Below the pieces are notes generated by a model. It made no database searches, had not been told where the DNA came from, and saw nothing but the letters and a program-made list of their open reading frames with translations. DNA of 55,774 nt from a virus (Duplodnaviria > Caudoviricetes): positions 1-55,774 of IMG/VR virus record IMGVR_UViG_3300033143_001114; one strand, 5' to 3'. This document shows, one piece after another, positions 1-8,702 of the stretch (the first letter of the stretch is position 1; each line of letters opens with the position of its first letter). Position numbers and translations under genes: made by a program.

Positions 1-1
1 A

Positions 2-1165
2 AATACTGATACGTTTAAGACTTGGAGAGTAAGTCATAACAATATTATAGACTTAATAAATCTAGGTACAATAGGAACGGTTACTGTAGATTCAGTTAGG
101 GAAATGCTTAACTGGGTAGAGTCAGCAGGCATATTCAACGGTTGCTCAGTAACAGATGCAGGTGGCGGTAATGTTGATGTTGCTGGCGGTGAAGCATTTT
201 TAAGGATTGGAGCAAACGTAGGTGACGAAATTGTGGTTGCACAAATACCACCTCTTGCAGCTATCACTCCTACTGATCAAGACATTACATATATTTGGGC
301 AGACTATAATGCTGGTGTACCTTCAATTGGTTCTTCAACAAATGCAAACGATTTCAATGGGCACGATAAATGTTTAATCGCCCTTGTTTCAAGAGAAGGT
401 ACAGACGTTACAATTCTTGAAGCACAAGAAAAACCTGTTGATAACTCAAATCGTATTAATCAAATGATGATTGATACACACGGTATTCACCATGTTCAAG
501 GTGGTTCAAGAATAAGTGAAACAGGTACAAGGAACTTTGCAGTATCAGCAGGCGCATTTTACCGTGGCTTGAAGAAGGTTACTCATCCAGATCATGATAC
601 AGCAGGCGCAGACAACTTTGAATACTATTATAAAGATGGTATAGGTGGTTGGGTAGAAGTTGGATCCCAAACACAAATAGATAATGTAAACTATGACGAT
701 GGCTCTGGTACACTGGCCGCATTGACCGCAGGTAACTATTCAGTTCATTGGGTGTACATGAAGATAGGAACTAACAAACACGAGTTATATGTATTGTATG
801 GAAGTGGTGATCATGCAACGGTTGAAGATGCAAGAGCAGAAGAAGTTCCTGCTTCAATACCACCTACGTTAGAAGAAGTGGGTGTGTTGTTAGGTAAAAT
901 AATTATATTGAAGAATGATAATTTATATGCTTCTGTTGAAACTGCCTTCGGTGCATCATTCATAGCAGGCGCACCATCAAACCACGAAAACTTAACTGGA
1001 TTACAGGGTGGAGCAGTTGGCGATCATTATCACTTAACAGGTGCAGAGCATACAACAATTAGTGGTCATCCTGGGGATACAGCAAACCCACATAGTGTGA
1101 CGGCTGTACAAGTAGGTGCTGACCCTGAAGGTGAAGCTCTTGCAATGTCAATAGCCCTAGGATAA
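2..1165 (+). CDS. Virion structural/tail-fibre-associated protein, 5' partial
   Basis: Frame is open from base 2 (NTDTFKTWRVSHN...), so the true start lies upstream of the window. Gly/Thr/Asp-rich, ends EALAMSIALG, fibre-region context. Confidence 0.6.
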   Translation, partial: NTDTFKTWRVSHNNIIDLINLGTIGTVTVDSVREMLNWVESAGIFNGCSVTDAGGGNVDVAGGEAFLRIGANVGDEIVVAQIPPLAAITPTDQDITYIWADYNAGVPSIGSSTNANDFNGHDKCLIALVSREGTDVTILEAQEKPVDNSNRINQMMIDTHGIHHVQGGSRISETGTRNFAVSAGAFYRGLKKVTHPDHDTAGADNFEYYYKDGIGGWVEVGSQTQIDNVNYDDGSGTLAALTAGNYSVHWVYMKIGTNKHELYVLYGSGDHATVEDARAEEVPASIPPTLEEVGVLLGKIIILKNDNLYASVETAFGASFIAGAPSNHENLTGLQGGAVGDHYHLTGAEHTTISGHPGDTANPHSVTAVQVGADPEGEALAMSIALG

Positions 1166-1196
1166 TAAATAGTTTAAATAAACTGGAGATAATAAA

Positions 1197-1541
1197 GTGG
1201 CAACAAACGAATTTAAAAGATTCTCTGTAACTATATCAGCGATCACAGAAGGTACTGCAAATACAGTATATACCGTTCCTGTTGGAAAGGAAGTAGTTAT
1301 TGTAGGTATGAGATTTGCAAACCAAGGCAATGCAAACGAGCTTGCTCTTAATGTGTTCATTGAAGATGGCGGGGCAAACAAATTTTACCTATCAGGTAAG
1401 AATACACCATTACCAATAGGTTCAGCATTAGAAATGCAACAAGGTAAAACTGTTTTGATTGCAAATGATATTTTGAAAACATATGCAGACATTGCAAATG
1501 AAGGCGATCTTACTTTATCAATATTAGAAAGAACACCTTAA
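1197..1541 (+). CDS. Small virion structural protein (beta-rich, fibre-region adaptor)
   Basis: GGAG RBS, GTG start; TVYTVP...IVGMRFAN pattern typical of small phage fibre-region proteins. Confidence 0.5.
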   Translation: MATNEFKRFSVTISAITEGTANTVYTVPVGKEVVIVGMRFANQGNANELALNVFIEDGGANKFYLSGKNTPLPIGSALEMQQGKTVLIANDILKTYADIANEGDLTLSILERTP

Positions 1542-1553
1542 GGATAAGGAATC

Positions 1554-2759
1554 ATGCCAGGATATATAGGTAGAACAGAACTAAACACCGTTGGTGGAGC
1601 AATATCAAGAAATGCTTTTGTTGGTAATGGGGCTCAAACCTCTTTTGGGCCTTTAGACCAAACACCTTTTGACGAGGAAGAAACTATTGTAACGATCAAT
1701 GGTGTTGTTCAACACGACGCGTCTTATGCAGTGGTTGTAGATTATGTAAACTTTGCGGTGGCTCCAGATAACTTAGATGATATAGAAGTTAAGGTTCATT
1801 CAACAGAAAGAAAACCTGCTGAAGGTGTTGGCCCAGAAGAAGTTACCCTTGCAAATTTAAGTACAGTAGATATTATAACTTCTAATGATAAATTTGATAG
1901 AGCGTTAATTCCCTCAAAGCGATTAGTAGAGTTAGCAGTAAATGATCTAAATGCCTCCAAGGCTGATTACGAAAACGCTTTCGTTTTAATGACTGTTACT
2001 GGTAAAACTTTTGCTATAAGCACCTGGAATGGTGGTGGTGAATTTGTGATTGCCGCGGCAACAGGACAGTTTAACCTGGCCGTGGCCTTTGGTATGGGAA
2101 CTATTAAGACAGTAGATGCTGTAGGTAATACAGGAGAACTCACTGGACCTATAACTATACAAGCCAATCAGATAGTTAAGGTAAGATATACAGCTAACGA
2201 TGAAGCTATAGTGGAGTTACCTTATATTGTAGCTGGAGGTTCAGCTGGGAATTCATGGAACTTATTAGACACGGCAACTTTTTCAAGTACACCATCTTAC
2301 AATGTTCCTATTGTGCTAGGCGCATATGAGAGATATAAACTTGACTTTATAAATTTTGTACCTAGTTCAAACGGAAGCCATTTATCAATGCGTGTAAGAA
2401 ATGCTGGCATCCAAGATAGTGGAAATAATTATAGATATGTTATGAATCTTACAAATGAAAATGCTTTAACAGAATCAATATTAGGAACTGGAGGATCATC
2501 TACAAGTGAAATTGTACTTGCTACAAGCTTATTAAATACAACATATAAGTTTAATGGAACTTTTTACCTTAATGATCCTAGTGATGTTGGTAATAGAACA
2601 GAAATACGTGGTACATTTTCTTATACTAATTCAAGTGGTGTTCGTTTTAATGGTAGAGGTAGTGGATGGTATACCCCACTATCGGCTGTAAGTGATCTAT
2701 TAATATTCATGAGTGGTGGATCTCTAGCAAGTGGCAAAATGAAACTTTACGGAAAATAA
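1554..2759 (+). CDS. Tail fibre-like protein
   Basis: MPGYIGR start, F-x-GNG-x-QT-x-F / V-x-INGV-x-Q repeat-type domain, C-terminal SGKMKLYG beta domain. Confidence 0.6.
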   Translation: MPGYIGRTELNTVGGAISRNAFVGNGAQTSFGPLDQTPFDEEETIVTINGVVQHDASYAVVVDYVNFAVAPDNLDDIEVKVHSTERKPAEGVGPEEVTLANLSTVDIITSNDKFDRALIPSKRLVELAVNDLNASKADYENAFVLMTVTGKTFAISTWNGGGEFVIAAATGQFNLAVAFGMGTIKTVDAVGNTGELTGPITIQANQIVKVRYTANDEAIVELPYIVAGGSAGNSWNLLDTATFSSTPSYNVPIVLGAYERYKLDFINFVPSSNGSHLSMRVRNAGIQDSGNNYRYVMNLTNENALTESILGTGGSSTSEIVLATSLLNTTYKFNGTFYLNDPSDVGNRTEIRGTFSYTNSSGVRFNGRGSGWYTPLSAVSDLLIFMSGGSLASGKMKLYGK

Positions 2760-2773
2760 TAGGATAATATAAA

Positions 2774-3481
2774 ATGGCAAGTAGCCCATATATAGGAAGA
2801 TCATTAGAATCAAGCGTTGAAGATGGAGAAGTTACTTCGGTTAAACTTGCGACAGGTGCTGTAACGTCTGCAAAGCTTGGAGCGAGTGCTGTTACAAATG
2901 CAAAGATTAACAACGGTGCTGTATCAGAAGATAAACTTGCGGTTGCTGTTCAAACAAAATTAAATAGCGGTTCTGGAATTGTTACAGGTATAAATCCAAC
3001 AACATCATATTTTGTAAATAACTCAACAGTCTTAGTACAGGCAACAAGTTTAGTTTGCTCAATACCAGAGGCTGGTATTTACGCTATAGATATAATGTTG
3101 AATACAGGACACGACACAGTTGTTCCAACTGCAGGTTTAAGATTGAATGCAAGATACACAGGATCATACTGGGCGAATAATGGTCGCACGAAAGGTTTTT
3201 GGACGCTCCACCACACAACTGATACTGGAGGCACATCGTCTCAAACTACAATTCAAGGACAAACTAACTTACCTTCTACTATTAATATGGGAAGTAACTC
3301 ACATGGACAATTTTCAATAAGTGCAGGAAATGATTATTATTACCAGTTTGTTGAAGGTAAGTTCATTTTAGATGCTGCAGACGTTGGAGACGTAGAGATT
3401 TGGTTTGCACAGAATACTGCCGTAGCATACAACACATCTATTAATAGAAACTCTTGGATTAAAGCAACTAAGATAGCGTAA
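2774..3481 (+). CDS. Tail fibre-like protein
   Basis: PYIGR start, GAVT-x-x-K(L/I) decapeptide repeats, C-terminal beta domain. Confidence 0.6.
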   Translation: MASSPYIGRSLESSVEDGEVTSVKLATGAVTSAKLGASAVTNAKINNGAVSEDKLAVAVQTKLNSGSGIVTGINPTTSYFVNNSTVLVQATSLVCSIPEAGIYAIDIMLNTGHDTVVPTAGLRLNARYTGSYWANNGRTKGFWTLHHTTDTGGTSSQTTIQGQTNLPSTINMGSNSHGQFSISAGNDYYYQFVEGKFILDAADVGDVEIWFAQNTAVAYNTSINRNSWIKATKIA

Positions 3482-3490
3482 CGGAATATA

Positions 3491-4219
3491 ATGTATATCA
3501 CAAAACAATTTATATATCTTCATGTCCCAAAAACTGGTGGACAAACAATGCTTAGAATGCTAGAGCGTTTTAGGTTCATGTTCAGAGGTAGGGGTAGAGG
3601 ATTTCATAGATCAGTAGATTCACTCAATCCTAAAATGTTGGAAGATAAACAAAAATATGCCTTAGTTAGGAACCCTTGGGATTGGTATACATCTTGGTAT
3701 TATTATTTAAAAGAAACTCCAAGCTTACATAATGTTTTATTTAAAACAATAAGCAATAATGGAAAATATAGTTTTAAGAGATCTATCAATAATTTATTTG
3801 ATATGATTGAAGGTGGTGAAGAAATCAATGGTGAATTTAATACAGCTATTGTTAATGCACCTTTAAGACGACCACTTCAAGTTAGTGGAGACGATGTTGA
3901 AAGGATGCAGTCTTGGGATTGTGGTTTACAATCTTTTTATTATCACTACTTAATATTTGGAGATGAAGCTCTTGACAGTCATGATTATTCTAATGTTACA
4001 ATAGGTAAACAAGAAACTTCAAGAGAAGATCACCTTAACTTTTTCAAGAGTTTAGGTATTGAAAATGATAGACTAACAAAAACAATAACAAACCATCGTA
4101 GATTAAATGCTACTAAGAAAGACTACGGTAAGTATCAAGATCAATATGACAATGCACTGAGAGATCGTGTTGCAGAAAAAGAAAGTTATATCATAGAAAA
4201 GTATGGCTATACATTTTAA
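3491..4219 (+). CDS. Sulfotransferase family protein
   Basis: PAPS-binding motifs YLHVPKTGGQT and VRNPWDW-x-x-SWY. Confidence 0.8.
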   Translation: MYITKQFIYLHVPKTGGQTMLRMLERFRFMFRGRGRGFHRSVDSLNPKMLEDKQKYALVRNPWDWYTSWYYYLKETPSLHNVLFKTISNNGKYSFKRSINNLFDMIEGGEEINGEFNTAIVNAPLRRPLQVSGDDVERMQSWDCGLQSFYYHYLIFGDEALDSHDYSNVTIGKQETSREDHLNFFKSLGIENDRLTKTITNHRRLNATKKDYGKYQDQYDNALRDRVAEKESYIIEKYGYTF

Positions 4220-4228
4220 GGAAAAATA

Positions 4229-4876
4229 ATGGCAACTAAAATAAAAGGATCAAACATAGCACCAGGTGCGGTTGAATTAGCACATCTTGCCCCAGGTGCT
4301 GTATTACATGGTATGAAAACACTCACCGCAGGAAATGCTTGGTCTGCGGAGTTTACAGGCCCACATACAATAATTTTATGTGCTGGTGGTGGCGGTGGTG
4401 GCGGTGGAGCTACAGGATCTCCAGGTGGTTATGGTTATCCAGGTGAAGGTGGTGATGGTGGTAATTTTGCAATTACACAAATGATAATACAGTCTTTAAC
4501 AAAAGATGTTTCATATACAATTGCAATAGGAGCAGGCGGCATTGGCGGTGCCCCAGGTTTCCCAGGGCTGGCTGGACAACAAGGTGGAAGTACAACGTTT
4601 GACAGCACTACAATGATTGGCGGCGCTGGCGGAGATGGTGGCGGTGGTGCTTACACAACTGCAAACGGCGATGTAGGTTTAAATTGCATTCCTTATGGGT
4701 TAGGTGGTGCTGGTGGAGTAAGTGCTCCTGGAGTAGATGGTAATCCAGGAAGTGCTGGAGCAGGCTTTGGAGCAGGCGGTGGCGGAGGCGGCGGTGGCGG
4801 TTATCATGTATCTATAGGATATCTTGGAGCCGTGGGTGGTGCTGGGTCCCCAGGATTTATATTAATATTATGGTAG
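4229..4876 (+). CDS. Glycine-rich adhesin-like protein, copy 1
   Basis: Polyglycine tracts alternating with short loops, ends GSPGFILILW; paralog of 12124-12834. Confidence 0.65.
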   Translation: MATKIKGSNIAPGAVELAHLAPGAVLHGMKTLTAGNAWSAEFTGPHTIILCAGGGGGGGGATGSPGGYGYPGEGGDGGNFAITQMIIQSLTKDVSYTIAIGAGGIGGAPGFPGLAGQQGGSTTFDSTTMIGGAGGDGGGGAYTTANGDVGLNCIPYGLGGAGGVSAPGVDGNPGSAGAGFGAGGGGGGGGGYHVSIGYLGAVGGAGSPGFILILW

Positions 4877-5271
4877 ACATTAAATTAATAACAGAAAAAA
4901 TAGTTTCGGAAATTGATGGTGGTCCTATTGAAGCAGAATATATAACCGCGGTTTTAAAATTGGTTGCTGGAGATAGAGATAAACTATATCAATATAATAA
5001 ATTTGAAGTAGATGTTTATGGTGGAATTATTTATAGAAAAATGTTGATATCTGGAATAGGGGAAGCTGTTAAATCTCATAAACATGTTTATGATCATTTT
5101 ACCTTTATTCATAAAGGGAGTGTAGATATAAATGGTGAAATATTCCATGCAGGGCAGTTTGCAAAGGTACCTGCAGAAGCCATCCATACAATTAAAGCAT
5201 TAACAAACGATTGCGAAGTTTATTGTATTCACTCAGAATATGAAGCAGAGCAAGGAGAACTAAACAAATGA
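4870..5271 (+). CDS. Cupin-fold protein
   Basis: H-K-H-x-x-D-H and VPAE-x-x-H cupin metal motifs. Confidence 0.7.
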   Translation: MVDIKLITEKIVSEIDGGPIEAEYITAVLKLVAGDRDKLYQYNKFEVDVYGGIIYRKMLISGIGEAVKSHKHVYDHFTFIHKGSVDINGEIFHAGQFAKVPAEAIHTIKALTNDCEVYCIHSEYEAEQGELNK

Positions 5272-5630
5272 AAGGTTTTATAGTATTTAATAAAAATGAT
5301 GATTCAGAAGTTGCTAGATATTCTGGCGGGGCTCAAACTCCTGCAGATATATTATCTGCAAATGGTTTTGATACTGATATTGTAGATTGTTTAGACTTTG
5401 AAATAGATAAAGGTATGGCGGAAGCAGATTTCAGCGTAGCATCTGGGGTAATTGTCGAGGCTACTGTAGATACTGCTACTAAGAATCTTAGGATAGCTAA
5501 TAAACAACTTCTTCAAAATGAATTAATTATAGAAACATTACTAAACGAGATTAATCTAATAAGGACAGCACAAACATTACCTACTAGAAGTAAGGCAGAT
5601 ATAGAGGCTTTTCTAGATAGCAGGCTATAA
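5268..5630 (+). CDS. Hypothetical protein (possible fibre assembly chaperone)
   Basis: GGAG RBS, ATGA overlap with the upstream gene, position at the end of a fibre cassette. Confidence 0.4.
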   Translation: MKGFIVFNKNDDSEVARYSGGAQTPADILSANGFDTDIVDCLDFEIDKGMAEADFSVASGVIVEATVDTATKNLRIANKQLLQNELIIETLLNEINLIRTAQTLPTRSKADIEAFLDSRL

Positions 5631-5694
5631 AACCCAAATCACAGCGGCAATAAATAGTACAAACAATAATAAAAAATAAATAAATGGAACTATT

Positions 5695-6054
5695 ATGACA
5701 GATAGAGAAGTTCACACAGGGAATTACAATGGCTTGGATAGAAGAATCCCAGCCCAGGAATGGCACACAAATAAAAATTATTTTTTGTCAATCATCTTCT
5801 TGATCATCGCTAATATAGGATCTACCGTCTGGTGGGCAGGCGGGATCAACTCAGATGTAAGGCAGTTGAAGGAAAGACCTGATCTAACAGAAAGGGTTGT
5901 CCAGCTTGAAACTACTATCGCTCTAAATGAAAAATATTTTAATGAGTTTAGAAGAACTCTAGAAAGTATGAATACCACAATCACTAGAATCGATCGTGAG
6001 CAAGCCCGTAGAAAATCAATTGTTGATAGAGCCGAAAAAAACCAATCTAACTAA
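5695..6054 (+). CDS. Membrane-anchored coiled-coil protein
   Basis: One hydrophobic segment (YFLSIIFLIIANIGSTVWWAG) followed by a heptad-like region. Confidence 0.5.
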   Translation: MTDREVHTGNYNGLDRRIPAQEWHTNKNYFLSIIFLIIANIGSTVWWAGGINSDVRQLKERPDLTERVVQLETTIALNEKYFNEFRRTLESMNTTITRIDREQARRKSIVDRAEKNQSN

Positions 6055-6069
6055 AGATGAATACTAAAA

Positions 6070-6441
6070 ATGAAAAGACGTTTAGGATCGTTCTATCGAG
6101 GGGACACAAAAACTTTTAAAATTGTAGTTGCAGATATTGACGACGTACCTGTGGATATCACAGGGTGGGAGTTTTGGTTTACTATGAAGGCAGATGATTA
6201 TCTACCTGACACTGAGGCAGTTATCCAAAAACATATATCAATCCCTTTGCTGGATGCAGAAGGATTGTTAGGAAATGCTTATGTGGTATTATTGTCTACA
6301 GAGACAGAAGTAATTCCAATAGGTACATATTTTTATGACTTCCAAAGAGTTCTGCAACAGGCTCCAGGTGATCCACCAAGTGTAACAACGATAATGTCTG
6401 GCACAATTTCAGTCATCTCAGACATAACAAGGAGCGTTTAG
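6070..6441 (+). CDS. BppU-N-like baseplate/fibre adaptor, copy 1
   Basis: YRGDT...DITGW...GTYFYDFQ pattern; paralog of 13678-14031. Confidence 0.55.
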   Translation: MKRRLGSFYRGDTKTFKIVVADIDDVPVDITGWEFWFTMKADDYLPDTEAVIQKHISIPLLDAEGLLGNAYVVLLSTETEVIPIGTYFYDFQRVLQQAPGDPPSVTTIMSGTISVISDITRSV

Positions 6442-6443
6442 TC

Positions 6444-6722
6444 GTGGCGGATACAATTAAAGTAACGATTGTTGAGACAGGTCCACCAGGCCCAGCGGGT
6501 CCGATAGGTCCAACAGGTCCTGCAGGTGGCGGAGGTGGTGGCGGCGCGGTTGTAAGTCCTACAGAACCAACATCTGCTGTCGCTGGTGATATGTGGTACA
6601 ATCCAGATGACGACGAGCTTTTTATATATAATGTAAATATTGGACAATGGGAACAAATACCGTTTGTATCAGATTTTAGTGACCCAGGTGGTACATTAAT
6701 CATAGAAGGTGGTGGTTTCTAA
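6444..6722 (+). CDS. Short collagen-like linker protein
   Basis: (G-P-X) repeats, GDMWYN motif, C-terminal EGGGF. Confidence 0.6.
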   Translation: MADTIKVTIVETGPPGPAGPIGPTGPAGGGGGGGAVVSPTEPTSAVAGDMWYNPDDDELFIYNVNIGQWEQIPFVSDFSDPGGTLIIEGGGF

Positions 6723-6786
6723 ACCATCTTTTTAATAAATAATAACAAATATAATAAACAACGTATAGAACAAGGAAGGCATAAAA

Positions 6787-8598
6787 ATGGCTCTTATTCA
6801 AATTAAACGCTCTACAGGAACAGCGACACCGCCTTCACTGGCTGAAGGTGAATTAGCGTATTCAGAATTATCCGATAATTTATTTATTGGTAAATCAGGG
6901 TCAGTAGTTGCCAAGATTGGCGGCTTGACAGAAGTCAATAAATTAGCTGGTGTTGAGGCACTTGCCGATGTAACAGATACAGCAAACGTTACCGCAGCAG
7001 GCGCGTTGATGGACAGCGAGTTAGCTTCCGAATCAGCAGTTAAAGCAACTACAGCGGCATTTTTGACTGCAGACGAAACTAAATTAGACGGTATTGAAAC
7101 CGCAGCTACAGCAGATCAAACAGGCGCTGAGATTAAAACAGCTTATGAAGCAGAAGCAAATGCATTTACAGATGCACAGTTTACTAAATTAGGTGGAATT
7201 GAAACATCAGCCGATGTAACAGACACAGCAAACGTAGACGCTGCAGGTGCAGTAATGCACACAGACGTATCTGGTGGCAACGATGGCTTCTTATTGAAGA
7301 CTGGTGCTGAAACATACGAATCAGTTAAACTTAATAGAGGCGCGGCTGCTGCTCCAATTGCAACAGACGACACTAACTCAGGCTACTCAGTAGGTTCACG
7401 TTGGATTGATACTACAAACAACGAAGAATGGTTATGCGTAGACGCAACTGCAACTTCGGCTGTTTGGTTAATGGTTTCAGGTGGTGGTGACGTAGATGGT
7501 CCAGGCGTAGCAGTAGATAACGCTGTAACACGTTTTGATGGTACTGACGGTAAGAACGTTCAAAGCTCTGGTGTAGTAATTGATGATTCAGACAACGTTA
7601 CTGGAATTGCTAATCTTAGCTTAACAGGAACAGTAGATGGTCGTGATGTTGATGCCGACGGTACAGCACAAGATGATCACATTGCAGACGTTTCAGGTAA
7701 CCCACACGCTGTAACATTAGAACAAGCACGTTCAGAAAATGGTACACTTGCAGGTAATATTGCAATGGGTGGTTTCAAAGTAACAGGTGCTGGTAACGGT
7801 ACCGCAGCAGGCGACTTAGTTAATAAGAGTCAATTGGATGCGGCACAAGCTGGTATTTTGGTTAAAGATGGTTGTCGTGTTGCTACAGATGCAGCACTTC
7901 CTGCAGTAACCGCAGCAGGCGCAAGCGTTGGTAAAACTTTGACAGCAGATGCAGTAGGCATTTTAACTGTTGACGGAGTTGCAACTTTATTAGGTGATCG
8001 TGTTTTGGTTAAAGACCAAGTTGCTCAAATAGACAATGGTATTTATGAAGTAACAACCGAAGGTACAGCAGGCGTTGCGTTTATACTTACTCGTGCTACT
8101 GACTATGACGGCGACCCTGCATCAGAAATCACTGAAGGAACATTCACGTTCATTAGTGAAGGTACTGCAAATCAGAAATCAGGTTGGGTATTGTTAGATG
8201 ATGCTGACTTTACAGCAGGTGTTGCAAATGTTGACGTTGCAAGCAACGAATTAGTATTTGCTCAGTTCCAGGGCTTACCAGCATACGTAGAAGGCTCAGG
8301 CATTGATATTACTGGTGATACAATTTCAATGGATATCACTAACTTAACAACAGCGGCCGTTGTTGCTGCAGATGAACTAGCGTTTTACGATATAAGCTTA
8401 GGTGCAATACGCAAAACTACAGTTTCATTGTTACTAGGTGCTATCAGTGGTCTAAGTAATGTATTGAACGACGCAGACATTTTTGTTGGTAATGGTTCAA
8501 ACATTGCAACAGGTGTTACAATGTCAGGCGATGCTACAATGGCAAATGACGGTACAATCACACTTACAGCCGCAGCGTTAGATGGTGGTTCATTCTAA
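6787..8598 (+). CDS. Tail fibre protein
   Basis: IQIKRS...LAEGELAY N-terminus, KL-x-GIE repeats, GDRVLVKDQ...NGIY domain, C-terminal DGGSF. Confidence 0.7.
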   Translation: MALIQIKRSTGTATPPSLAEGELAYSELSDNLFIGKSGSVVAKIGGLTEVNKLAGVEALADVTDTANVTAAGALMDSELASESAVKATTAAFLTADETKLDGIETAATADQTGAEIKTAYEAEANAFTDAQFTKLGGIETSADVTDTANVDAAGAVMHTDVSGGNDGFLLKTGAETYESVKLNRGAAAAPIATDDTNSGYSVGSRWIDTTNNEEWLCVDATATSAVWLMVSGGGDVDGPGVAVDNAVTRFDGTDGKNVQSSGVVIDDSDNVTGIANLSLTGTVDGRDVDADGTAQDDHIADVSGNPHAVTLEQARSENGTLAGNIAMGGFKVTGAGNGTAAGDLVNKSQLDAAQAGILVKDGCRVATDAALPAVTAAGASVGKTLTADAVGILTVDGVATLLGDRVLVKDQVAQIDNGIYEVTTEGTAGVAFILTRATDYDGDPASEITEGTFTFISEGTANQKSGWVLLDDADFTAGVANVDVASNELVFAQFQGLPAYVEGSGIDITGDTISMDITNLTTAAVVAADELAFYDISLGAIRKTTVSLLLGAISGLSNVLNDADIFVGNGSNIATGVTMSGDATMANDGTITLTAAALDGGSF

Positions 8599-8602
8599 TC
8601 AT

Positions 8603-8610
8603 TATAAATA
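8603..8610 (+). promoter_or_regulatory. T4-type late promoter
   Basis: TATAAATA in an intergenic position; gp55 is encoded in the window. Confidence 0.7.
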
Positions 8611-8634
8611 TAATGGTATGAAGAAGTAAACAAC

Positions 8635-8661
8635 GATGCCCTTCATATGAAGGGCATCTTT
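8635..8661 (+). terminator. Perfect 24-bp palindrome, terminator/attenuator-like hairpin
   Basis: GATGCCCTTCATATGAAGGGCATC followed by TTT. Confidence 0.5.
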
Positions 8662-8702
8662 ATATAACCTTAGCTATATAGCTTTAAAATATAAGGTGCC
8701 AA